NCBI GenBank assembly: GCA_965203325.1
Contig: OZ241875.1
Coordinates: 1,280,001 to 1,344,000 of the forward strand
Reading direction: 5' to 3'
Length of the DNA: 64,000 nucleotides
Source of the DNA: a bacterium
GTDB lineage: Bacteria > UBA8248
Shown here: positions 38,193 through 47,600 of the stretch, piece by piece
Numbering within the stretch: the stretch's first letter is position 1
How the letters are laid out: each line of letters opens with the position of its first letter
The notes under the pieces: model-generated
Told to the model about the DNA's origin: nothing
What the model saw: the letters and a program-made list of their open reading frames with translations, nothing else
Databases searched by the model: none
Position numbers and translations under genes: made by a program

Positions 38193-40238
38193 ATGGATTC
38201 CGGGAATCGGGACCCTCTCCCTCCCGAGCGCTCTTTTCGGGTCGAGTTGCCCGGCCACGACCACTGGCGGAAAACGATTTGCTGTCAGGACGCGTGTCCC
38301 GTCCATACGGACGCGCGGGGTTACGTGACCGCCATCTCGGAGGAAGACTTCGAGCGCGCCTACATCATCGCCCGGGGGCCCAACCCCTTCGCGTCGGTTT
38401 GCGGGCGTGTCTGCGCGGCGCCGTGCGAAGCGGCGTGCCGCCGCGGCAACATCGATGCGCCGGTGGCCATCCGGGCGCTCAAGCGATTCGTGACGGAGCG
38501 CTACGGGGTCGAGGCCGATTTGTCGTCCGGCAAGGGAGAATCCTCCTTCTCGCACCGGAGCCTCAGGAGTATGCGCGACCTCCGTTTTCAGCCCGCCACG
38601 CGCACCATCAACGATTTTTCGGTGCTGGAGGCGGCCCGCCGAAAGCCAGAACAGGAAAAGACGGCAGGAAAAAAGGTGGCCGTCGTCGGATCGGGCGTGG
38701 CGGGGCTGACCTGCGCCCACGATCTCGCCCTGCTCGGCTATGACGTGAGTGTTTTCGAGAAACAGGGAGTCCCCGGCGGCATGCTCATGCTCGGGGTTCC
38801 CGAATACCGCCTTCCGCGTGATCTTGTTCAGGCCGAAATCCAGGCCATCCTCAGCCTGGGCGTGGAGCTTCGGCTGAACCAGGCCATCGGGCGGGACTTC
38901 AACCTCTCCTCTCTTCGCGAGGAAGGCTTCGAGGCGGTGTTCGTCGCCATCGGCGCGCACGTGAGCCGCTCTCTCCCCATGGAAGGACAGGACGCGGACG
39001 GCGTTTTCCGGGCCGTCGAGTTTCTGCTGAACGTGAACCTGAACTTCCGCGTCGATCTGGGCGAGCGCGTCGTCGTGATCGGCGGGGGGAACGTGGCCAT
39101 GGACGCCGCCCGGGTCGCCGCCCGGGTCGCCGGCGGGGCGGACGCCCCCGCAAGCGCCGCCGATCAAACCGAAGACGCCGTCCTCATGCGGGAGATGATG
39201 GACGTGGCTCGGGAGGCGATGCGCGTGGGAGCGAGGAACGTCCACGTCATCTGCCTGGAATCGCGCGACGAGATGCCGGCGGCGGATTTCGAGATTGAAG
39301 AAGCGCTCGATGAGGGGATCGATCTCGAGCCCCGGGTGGGGCCCGTCCGCATCATGGAGAAAGAGGGCCGTGTGGTCGGGCTGGAAGTCCAGACGTGCAC
39401 CCGCGTTTTCGATGAGGAAGGCCGCTTCAGCCCCGAATTCGACCCGGACTGCAAGCGCGTGATTCCGTGCGATTCGGTGATCGTCGCCGTCGGCCAGGCC
39501 TCCGATCTCTCCTGGATCAGCGAGGAAGACGGCGTCGAGACGACGCCGCGCGGGACGATCCGCGTCGATTCCGAAACCCTGGCCACGACCGCTCCGGGCG
39601 TGTACGCGGGCGGGGACGTCGCCATGGGCCCCCGGATATTCATCGAGGGCGTGGAGAACGGCCACCGCGCCGCCCGCTCCATCCACACTTATCTATCCGG
39701 CGGTCAGGCAGGCGTCCAGACGCATCTTCAGTGGGCCTCCATCGAACCCTTGCAACAGGCGCTGCTTCAGGAACCGGGAGACGGGTTTTCCTTGCCCATC
39801 GTCAACCCCGGATACCAGAAAGTGTCTCGCCGAAACCCCGACGCGCTGCCCATCGAGCGCCGAATCGGCGTCACCGAGGTGGAGTTAGGTTATTCGCCCG
39901 AGGAGGCCGTCGATCAGGGGCTCCGGTGTCTGCGCTGCAGCGCAAACCCGATCTTCGACGGCGCCAAGTGCATCCTCTGCGGCGGCTGTGTGGACGTGTG
40001 CCCGTCGCGCTGCCTTCGAATGGTTCCCTTGGAAGCCCTCCAGGGTGGAGAAGACCTGGCGGCTCTGGTCCAGGCCCGCTTTGGCACGTCCGCCGGGGCC
40101 GCAGGAGAGAGGGGCGCGGCGATGATCATGGACCCGGACAAGTGCATACGCTGTTCGCTCTGCGCGCAGCGCTGTCCCACGGGCGCCGTCACCATCGAGA
40201 ATTTTTCTTTCCAGGAAGAGTGGGTGGAGATCGGATGA
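38193..40238 (+). CDS. Cytoplasmic FAD/NAD(P)H-dependent iron-sulfur oxidoreductase (GltD/NfnB/DsrL-like) with C-terminal 2[4Fe-4S] ferredoxin domain
   Basis: N-terminal 'CQDACP' and 'CGRVCAAPCEAACRR', FAD 'GSGVAG', 'PEYRLP', NAD(P) 'GGGNVAMD', 'AGGD', then 'CLRC', 'CILCGGCVDVCP', 'CIRCSLCAQRCP'. No signal peptide. Confidence 0.88.
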   Translation: MDSGNRDPLPPERSFRVELPGHDHWRKTICCQDACPVHTDARGYVTAISEEDFERAYIIARGPNPFASVCGRVCAAPCEAACRRGNIDAPVAIRALKRFVTERYGVEADLSSGKGESSFSHRSLRSMRDLRFQPATRTINDFSVLEAARRKPEQEKTAGKKVAVVGSGVAGLTCAHDLALLGYDVSVFEKQGVPGGMLMLGVPEYRLPRDLVQAEIQAILSLGVELRLNQAIGRDFNLSSLREEGFEAVFVAIGAHVSRSLPMEGQDADGVFRAVEFLLNVNLNFRVDLGERVVVIGGGNVAMDAARVAARVAGGADAPASAADQTEDAVLMREMMDVAREAMRVGARNVHVICLESRDEMPAADFEIEEALDEGIDLEPRVGPVRIMEKEGRVVGLEVQTCTRVFDEEGRFSPEFDPDCKRVIPCDSVIVAVGQASDLSWISEEDGVETTPRGTIRVDSETLATTAPGVYAGGDVAMGPRIFIEGVENGHRAARSIHTYLSGGQAGVQTHLQWASIEPLQQALLQEPGDGFSLPIVNPGYQKVSRRNPDALPIERRIGVTEVELGYSPEEAVDQGLRCLRCSANPIFDGAKCILCGGCVDVCPSRCLRMVPLEALQGGEDLAALVQARFGTSAGAAGERGAAMIMDPDKCIRCSLCAQRCPTGAVTIENFSFQEEWVEIG

Positions 40239-40239
40239 C

Positions 40240-40731
40240 ATGACTGCGAGCCTGGATGAACAGACCCCCCGGCGCCGGATGCTGCTGGGGCTCGGCTGGG
40301 TTTCCTTCCTGATTTCCCTGCTGGGTCCGGTTCTCGCCAACGTCCGGTTCCTGTTCCCCAACGTCGTTTATGAGGGCGAATCGGTTCTGAAGCTCGACTC
40401 CCTGGATAAGTACCCCGTGGGGTCCATCACGTTTTTCGCCGAGAAGAAAATCGTTCTGTTTCGCGAGAAGGACGGGTTCCGTGCCTGCACCGCCGTCTGT
40501 CCGCATCTCCGTTGCGTGATCAGCCCCTTCGTCGGCGCGCCCGGCGCCTCTCCCGATATATTGAGGGCCCGGTGCCCCTGCCACGGCAGCACGTTCGACG
40601 GGCGGGGACAGGTGCTCGGGGGGCCTGCGCCTCGCGGTCTCGACTTTTTCCTCGTAAAGAAATCGCCCGATGGCCGCGTCGTGGTCGATACGCGCAAAGT
40701 CGTCGCCCCCTCCGAACATTTCAAGATCTGA
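40240..40731 (+). CDS. Rieske iron-sulfur subunit of a Rieske/cytochrome b complex
   Basis: Tat-like anchor 'RRRMLLGLGW...', 'CPHLRC', 'CPCHGSTFD', 'GPAPRGL'. Confidence 0.88.
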   Translation: MTASLDEQTPRRRMLLGLGWVSFLISLLGPVLANVRFLFPNVVYEGESVLKLDSLDKYPVGSITFFAEKKIVLFREKDGFRACTAVCPHLRCVISPFVGAPGASPDILRARCPCHGSTFDGRGQVLGGPAPRGLDFFLVKKSPDGRVVVDTRKVVAPSEHFKI

Positions 40732-40740
40732 GCCACCACG

Positions 40741-42237
40741 ATGGTCACCGAACCCACACGGAAACCAGGACGCGGAAAAGCCGTATCGTGGCTCAGGAAA
40801 AACCGCGTCGTCCGCTCGATCTTCCGCCGCGGTTATCCGGACAACGATCTGGATCGCGCGGCCGTCATGTTCTCGAATTTCTTCCTGCACGTCCTTCCCG
40901 CGCGAACGCACGTTCACAGCCTGAAACCCACCTACACCTGGGGGCTCGGGATCATCTCCCTGTTCTTGTTCATCATTCTTCTGGGCACCGGCTCCTTACT
41001 CATGTTCTTCTACGTCCCCTCGACCGAGCGCGCCTACAGCGACATGAAGGACCTGCAATTCGTTGTCTCCTACGGTGTCGTCCTGCGGAACCTCCACCGC
41101 TGGGCTGCGCACGCGATGGTCGCCGTCGTCTTTTTACACATGTGCCGCGTGTTCTATACGGCAAGTTATAAAGCGCCGCGTGAGTTCAACTGGGTCATCG
41201 GGGTGCTCCTCTGGGGGGCGACCCTGATGATGAGCTTCACGGGCTACCTCCTCCCCTGGGATCAACTCGCCTATTGGGCCATCACCGTCGGGTCGAGCAT
41301 CGCCAGCTATCCGCCCCTGGTAGGAGAGCACATCCGCACGCTGATGCTCGGCGGCGATACGGTGGGGCAGAACGCGCTGATCCGGTTCTACGTCATGCAC
41401 GTCATCGTCCTGCCGGGGATCATGATGATTCTCATGGGCGTCCATTTCTGGCGGATACGCAAGGACGGCGGCCTCTCCCGGCCGCCCACGCCGCCCTCCG
41501 AGGCCGCCCGGGGCGAGGCAGCGGCTTTTTCGCCGCACAAGACGTACATGCTCGTGGAACTCGCCGAGGGCAAGACGCCCATGGTGGATGCGCAGGCCCC
41601 CGAAGAAGAGGTCATGAGCTGGCCGCACACGGTCTTCCGGATGCTGGTCGTCTTCGTGGGCGTCGTGGCCGTCCTCTCCGCCGTCGCCTACTTCTTCGAT
41701 GCGCCTTTGGAGGAGCTGGCCAACCCGGACCATCCGCCCAACCCGGCCAAGGCGCCCTGGTATTTTCTCGGGCTTCAGGAAATCGTGAGCTATTCCGCCC
41801 TGGCGGGGGGCGTCATCGTTCCCGCCGCCGCGATCATCGGCCTCATGACCATTCCCTACGTCGACCGGGACCCCGAGGGCCAGGGAACCTGGTTCACCTC
41901 GGGCCAGGGCCACCGGATCACGCTCTGGTCGGTCGTGGCGGTCATCCCGGTCGTCCTCGTCCTGACCTGGCTGAACGAGCACTACGCCGTGCGGATACTG
42001 GTTCCGGGCGCCTCGCAGATCTGGGTCGACCTCCTGAATCCGGGGACCATACTGATCGTCCTCTTCGCCGCCGGGTCGCTCTACATCTGGCGGCGGACGG
42101 GGTCGAGCCGGATGGGGGCGTTGGCCCTGTATTCTTATTTTCTGACGTCTTATCTGATTTACACGTTCATCGGGCTGTATTTCCGGGGCGCCAACTGGGC
42201 CTGGATATGGCCGTGGCAGGCGACGGGCCTGCACTGA
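40741..42237 (+). CDS. Cytochrome b (b6-like) fused to a subunit-IV-like domain with extra C-terminal helices
   Basis: Haem His pairs 'RNLHRW...FLHM' and 'VMH-x14-HF', '[10 protein letters not shown]', Qo-site variant 'KAPWYF'. Confidence 0.9.
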   Translation: MVTEPTRKPGRGKAVSWLRKNRVVRSIFRRGYPDNDLDRAAVMFSNFFLHVLPARTHVHSLKPTYTWGLGIISLFLFIILLGTGSLLMFFYVPSTERAYSDMKDLQFVVSYGVVLRNLHRWAAHAMVAVVFLHMCRVFYTASYKAPREFNWVIGVLLWGATLMMSFTGYLLPWDQLAYWAITVGSSIASYPPLVGEHIRTLMLGGDTVGQNALIRFYVMHVIVLPGIMMILMGVHFWRIRKDGGLSRPPTPPSEAARGEAAAFSPHKTYMLVELAEGKTPMVDAQAPEEEVMSWPHTVFRMLVVFVGVVAVLSAVAYFFDAPLEELANPDHPPNPAKAPWYFLGLQEIVSYSALAGGVIVPAAAIIGLMTIPYVDRDPEGQGTWFTSGQGHRITLWSVVAVIPVVLVLTWLNEHYAVRILVPGASQIWVDLLNPGTILIVLFAAGSLYIWRRTGSSRMGALALYSYFLTSYLIYTFIGLYFRGANWAWIWPWQATGLH

Positions 42238-42249
42238 GGCGGATGACGA

Positions 42250-43065
42250 ATGGCGAATTCCAATCACAACGATTCCCATGTGCCGTTCGGGTGGGTGGTC
42301 GCCTTCGCCGTCCTGAGCGTATGCGCGGCGTTGTTTTTTCTGCTGTCCGTCTGGAAGGATTACGACCGCGAATGGCGGGGATACCAGCGGACGTTCCGTG
42401 AGATGCTCGTCGAAAGAGCCGGAACCGAAGAGGAGCGCAAGGCCGCTCTGGCGGGCGGGGATCAGTTCGAGCAAATCATCGTGGCCGGCGGCGAGCGTGT
42501 GGACAGGTGCGTCATGTGCCACCGCGGCGTCGAGCACCCGGCGTTCAAGGACGCCGACCAGCCTTTCGCCAGGCATCCCACCATCCCGCCGCACCCCTTC
42601 GAGCGGTTCGGCTGCACCGTGTGCCACCAGGGCCAGGGCCGGGCGACGAGCGTCCAGGACGCCCACGGCGAAGTCGCGTTCTGGGAGGAGCCGCTGCTGC
42701 GGGGAGGGTTTATCCAGGCCAGTTGCGGCCCTTGCCACGCTGGGGCTCTCAAAGACGCCCCCCTCATCCAGAGGGGCAAGCTGCTTTATCTGATGAACGG
42801 CTGCCTCGCCTGCCACAAGATCAGGGGCGCCGGCGGGGTCGTCGGGCCCGACCTGACCTTCGCAGGCGAGCGCAAGAAGGACCCGAAGTGGCACATCGAG
42901 CACTTCAAGTTCCCGCAAAAGGTTTCGCCCGGCTCCGCCATGCCCGCCTACGGCCATTTGAAGCCTGAGGATCTCGAAGCGCTGACGGTCTACATGCTGA
43001 GCCTCCGCAGGGCGCCTTCCGCCCTGGCGCTGGCCGCGCCCAGGCCCGCCGCCGGGAAGAAATAG
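42250..43065 (+). CDS. Membrane-anchored tetrahaem cytochrome c (c1-equivalent of the Rieske/cyt b complex)
   Basis: N-terminal TM helix and four CxxCH motifs (CVMCH, CTVCH, CGPCH, CLACH). 'GPDLT' and 'PGSAMP' in the last domain. Confidence 0.85.
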   Translation: MANSNHNDSHVPFGWVVAFAVLSVCAALFFLLSVWKDYDREWRGYQRTFREMLVERAGTEEERKAALAGGDQFEQIIVAGGERVDRCVMCHRGVEHPAFKDADQPFARHPTIPPHPFERFGCTVCHQGQGRATSVQDAHGEVAFWEEPLLRGGFIQASCGPCHAGALKDAPLIQRGKLLYLMNGCLACHKIRGAGGVVGPDLTFAGERKKDPKWHIEHFKFPQKVSPGSAMPAYGHLKPEDLEALTVYMLSLRRAPSALALAAPRPAAGKK

Positions 43066-43068
43066 CCT

Positions 43069-43096
43069 GCAGGGACAGGTCGCGACCTGTCCCTGC
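43069..43096. repeat. REP-like perfect palindrome at the operon end
   Basis: GCAGGGACAGGTCG-CGACCTGTCCCTGC, with a near-identical copy at 50787-50814. Confidence 0.75.
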
Positions 43097-43170
43097 CTTC
43101 AGCGCAAAGGCCCTCCCGCATTGCCCAGAGAGAGGCTGCGCGCCAGTTCCGCCTCCCCTCCTCCGAACGC

Positions 43171-43464
43171 CTACTCCTCCGGCTCGTCATAGGAGATGAA
43201 CGTGATGTCCACCGCCTCGTTGCGGCCGGGGATCAGGGCCTGGTAGCCGTCCGAGTAATACCATTTCTCCACCGCCTCCTGATCGGGGAACTTGAGGAGG
43301 ACGAACATTTGCCTGTCGTGCTCGCCGGTGAGGACTTTTACGAGTTGTCCGCTCGCCGCCACCTCGCCGCCGACGGATGCGACGATTGCGAGCCCCTGCT
43401 CGGCGTAGCTGTTGAAGCCTTCTTCGTCCTTGACGGTGATGTGTCCGACCACGTATGCGCCCAT
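43171..43464 (-). CDS. DUF1330 family protein
   Basis: 'MGAYVVGHITVKD...Y', 'VLLKFPD..AVEKWYYS..YQ.L...R' pattern, 97 aa. Confidence 0.8.
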   Translation of the reverse strand: MGAYVVGHITVKDEEGFNSYAEQGLAIVASVGGEVAASGQLVKVLTGEHDRQMFVLLKFPDQEAVEKWYYSDGYQALIPGRNEAVDITFISYDEPEE

Positions 43465-43698
43465 GTCCGCTCCTTTCGCAAATGGGGCCGCCCGCCCGGC
43501 GGCAAATGAATTCAGGGTTTCACGCCGCAGAGGTCGCGGCGTCTCTCATGCCTCCTCGCCAACCGGCCTTCGCCGGGCCTGCAGGTGAAACATCATGTAT
43601 CCCTCGGGATATCCCAAGGTTTCATAAATGGCCTTCGGGATCAACGCCGCCCGTGCGGCGCGGGGTCAAACCCGACACGAAGGAAGGTTTGCCGAGCC

Positions 43699-43726
43699 GT
43701 AGGGGCCGTTCGCGAACGGCCCCTGC
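43699..43726. repeat. GTAG-type REP-like palindrome
   Basis: GTAGGGGCCGTTCGCGAACGGCCCCTGC, same core as 29854-29877. Confidence 0.7.
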
Positions 43727-43968
43727 AACGGAGACGCGAATTACCGTCATTCCGGGCATGCGTGAAAGACGAGCGCGGCGCACGGCACCCCCTCCCCTTT
43801 TTCCGGGACTGGCCGCCGGGTCTCTTTTCGGCTAGTATGAAGCCATACACAACGAGTCGAGCAAGCCACCGCCCATGGTTGGTTTATACGCGCACCAGCG
43901 CAAGAGGGTTTCATACAGGTCCGCCTGTTTGTCTTTTTCGTTTCTGATTTTGTGGGGGAAATCCGGTC

Positions 43969-44484
43969 ATGAAAAAACGAGACGTATTCATTAGCCTGGC
44001 TGTCCTGATGATGGCCGGCGCACTCATCGCCGGCTGCGCGGGCGAGGGGATGATGGACAAGAAGATGATGGGCAAGAAAAAGATGATGAAAGGCGGCGAG
44101 GACCCCGCCGTCACCGCGCGCAAGAAGCTCATGCGCGGCATCGGCGCCGACATGAAGCGTCTCAGAACCGCGATGAAACAAGGCAGCGGCTGGGTGGTCG
44201 AGGAGCAGGTGCGCCAGGCCGCAGGCAACATGTACAAGAAGGCGAGCAAGATCAAAAAGGCGTTCAAGAAGAACACCCTGGCGGGCAAGACGACATCCGT
44301 CGCCGCCATCTGGAAAGACAAGCGGAAATTCGCTCTCATCGCGGACGGCCTGGCCGCGAACGCCGCCGCCCTGGCGCAGATCCACTACAAGGGCGGTCCG
44401 GCAGCCATCAAGAAGGCGGTGGGCCTCATCGGCAGGCAATGCGGCGCATGCCACAAGTCGTTCCGAAAAAAGAAGAAAAGATAG
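43969..44484 (+). CDS. Cytochrome c' (class II cytochrome c), predicted lipoprotein
   Basis: Lipobox 'LIAGC', 'ARKKLM', 'AIWKD...F', C-terminal CGACH. Confidence 0.8.
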   Translation: MKKRDVFISLAVLMMAGALIAGCAGEGMMDKKMMGKKKMMKGGEDPAVTARKKLMRGIGADMKRLRTAMKQGSGWVVEEQVRQAAGNMYKKASKIKKAFKKNTLAGKTTSVAAIWKDKRKFALIADGLAANAAALAQIHYKGGPAAIKKAVGLIGRQCGACHKSFRKKKKR

Positions 44485-44503
44485 CGACGCTCAAGAGAAA
44501 GAG

Positions 44504-44541
44504 AGAAGCCCCGGCGCGCGCCGCCGGGGTTTTCTTATTTT
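44504..44541 (+). terminator. Intrinsic terminator after cytochrome c'
   Basis: AGAAGCCCCGGCG-CGCGC-CGCCGGGGTTTTCT followed by TATTTT. Confidence 0.7.
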
Positions 44542-44641
44542 GGAATGGCAATGATTATCCCGTCCGTGTGGTTGTCCCTACGGGGCGGCGCCTCCCCAGT
44601 CGGTTTGATTGCCCTCTCAGCTGCATGAAAAGCAACCCCCC

Positions 44642-47600
44642 CTACCCCCCTCCACCGATCGATTCATTCCTCATCCGGCTTTTCACCTCGCCGAGGGGGC
44701 CGCTGTCGACCGCGAGGCCGTCGCGGTAGAGGATGACCTCGCGGGACCTGGCCGAAATCTTGGGTCCCGGCGAGATGACGCCCGTCAAATTCATCGGGTC
44801 GCTCGCATGGACGATGGTGGGTTTCCCCCGCGCCGGAATCCGCCGCACGGCGCGAAGCGCCTCCACCGCTTCGGGCAGGGCGAACTGCTCGCCGGTGAAG
44901 CCCGAGACGAAGCGTCCGCCCCGAATCTCGCCCCTGGCTTCCAGGCGCCTGAATTCCCGCACCAGTTCGCGCCAGCGCGGAGCGCCGGCCTCGCGAACGG
45001 CCAGCTCGCGCAGCACGACGCCGTAGCGTTTGAGCAACTGCCGCGCATGGGCCTCGCGCCCCGCTTCCGCGTCGAGCGGTGCGTCCACACTCCCCCAGAG
45101 CGACCAGCGGCCCACGGGCATGAAGCGTTTTTTCGCCTCGCGCGATATGGCCCGTCCGCCCGGCAGGGCGCGCAGCCTGCGCTCGCCTTTTTTCTTCTCG
45201 TTCGCGCCCGCTATCAGCGCCCGCAGGCCCGCCACGCCGTCGCCCGTCACCAGACCGCGCGCGACGAGTTCCCAGAGCGCTTCCTCGGCCTCGGTGCGCA
45301 GCCTGCCCGTCGCCGCCGTGATGTCGGCGAGGAAAGACGCTCCCTTATCCTTCAAAAAATCGAGTATCTCGCATGCCGCGCGGGAGAGATTCCCCCGCCA
45401 GGCGTCTTCGGCTTCTTTTGGTTTCAGGAAAATATCCAGATCCTCTCTCATCAGGAAGGCCAGGAGCGCCCGCCGCGTGGGCGCAGCACTCTGGAGCGTT
45501 CTGGCGCGTTTCCCGTTCATCGCGTCGCCTTCCGGCTCGGGCGGCGCGCCCGGGCGCAGGCGACCCCACGCGACCAGGCCCGAGAGGCAAAGCGCTTCCA
45601 GGTCATCCGGGTCGTAGTTCTTGATGCGCGCGGGCAGAATCTGCTCCTCCCAGGCGGGCGCGGGGAGTTCGAGTCCTTGAAGCTGGCGGACCACTTCCAA
45701 CACGCCGTCGCGCCCGTGGAGCATGGCGTCCTCGTGCACGTGCTGCCACCTCAGCAGATAGCGGACGAATTCCGCAGCCGTCACGGGTTCTATCTCGCGC
45801 CTCAGCTTGCCGAGCGTCATCCGGTGGATGCGGGCGAGCAATACGCGGTCGCACCACTCGGTTTCGGCTTCCGGCGAGAGATTGACGAATCGGCCCCGCA
45901 GCACCGCTCCCTCTCCCTCCAGGGCGGCCAGGGCGATCTCGATATCCGACCGCGCGAGACCGACGCGCGAGGCGAGTTCGCCCGACGTTACGGGGCCGGA
46001 CGCTTCCATCCAGCCCCGGACGATGGCGAGGGCCGCCTCATCCTGCGCGGGCGGTTTCGCCTCATCCCCCTGAAAGGATATTTCGCTCGGGTTCAGACTG
46101 ATTCCCGGAATCGCCGCACGCATCAGCGCCATCCGCTCCGCCGGAACCCAGCCTTCCCGTTCGACACCATCCACCTGCCACTGCCCTTTCGCCAGCCGGT
46201 TGTGAACGAGCAACTCATCCACCCAGGCGGACCATTCACCGGCTTCCTCGGTCGGCAGAACGCATAAAGAAAGCAGCGCGTCGTGCAGCTCATCCGCGTC
46301 GCGCGGAGCTGGCCAGGCCTGCTCGCACACCTCCTCGATGACGTCCGGATCGAGCCGGGCGCCTTCGGCGTCATCGGGCAGGGTTCTTCGTAGCGGCACC
46401 GCGCGCGAGCGGCGCTCCTCCAGCGGGGCGTCGTCGATGAAGGCGTAGGGGTTCGCGTTCAGTATCTCGTGCGACATCGGCGAGGGCGCGGGCGTCTCGA
46501 CGCCATAAGTCTTGATCTTCCCGCTCTCCACGTCGGCGATGAGCGTCCTCAAGCTCTCGATATCCATCGCTTCGCTCAGGCAGTTCTCCACCGTCTCGTT
46601 CACGAGGGGGTGGTCGGGCGGCTCGATGGGGCCGTGGTGGTTGTCCTGACACGCAAGCTGGGCCGGGAAGACGGCGGCGAGCAAATCCTCGGCCCGCATG
46701 CGCTGGATCGCGACGGGCACCTTCTTGCCCCCGCTGTGCCTGGGGAGTGCCAAGGCGCGCGTGGCGTTCCAGCGCCACCGGTTGGTGAACATGGGCGACT
46801 GGAGCGCGGACTGGAGCATGTCCTTTTTGAGAGACGCCAGGCGCGCGAAGCCGAAGATCGATTCGAGCGGAAAGCTATGCTGCGAGGAGAGCGAGAGCAC
46901 GATGCCGTCGTCCGTCGCGGCGGCCTGGAGCTCGAAATCGAAGGTGAGGCAAAAGCGTTTTCTCAGCGTATGGCCCCAAGCGCGGTTGATGCGGCCTCCG
47001 AAGGGCGAGTGAATGACGAGCTGCATGCCACCCGCTTCGTCGAAGAACCGCTCCGCGATTATCTCTTCCTGCGTGGGGACGCGCCCCAGCATCCGAACGG
47101 TCTCGCGGACGTAATCCAGAAGCTGCGACGCGCCCGAGGCGCAAAGCCCGCATTCGGCGCGCATCCAGCGGATCGCTTCAGGAGGCTCCACGAGACGCCC
47201 CGCCAGTTCGGCTCTCAGCGCCGAGACGGCTTCCGAGAGTTCCGCCGTGCGCGAGGGCGCCTCGCCCAGCCAGAAGGGGATGTTCGGCGGAAGGCCTTCG
47301 GCGTCTTCCACACGCACCTTGTCGCGCTCCACGCGCTTCACGCGCCAGGAGTGGTTGCCGAGCAGGAAGATGTCGCCCGCGTTCGACTCGATCGCGAAAT
47401 CCTCGTTCACCTTGCCCACGAAGGTCTCCGCCGCTCCTTCGACCACGTCGTAATCCGCCGTGTCGGGAATCGCACCGCCCGACGTGATGGCGCAAAGCCG
47501 CGCGCCGCGCCGTGGTCTCAAGAGAGCGTTCACCCGGTCCCTGTGCAGATAGGCGGTGCGCCTGCCCCGGCTGGTCGAGATGCCCTCGGTGAGCATCTCG

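Noticed and set aside
43500..43960. Possible riboswitch or sRNA upstream of cytochrome c'
   Set aside because: The visible structure is explained by REP-like and GGGGTCAAACCCGAC repeats. No known riboswitch consensus was recognised, and an Rfam scan would be needed to exclude one.
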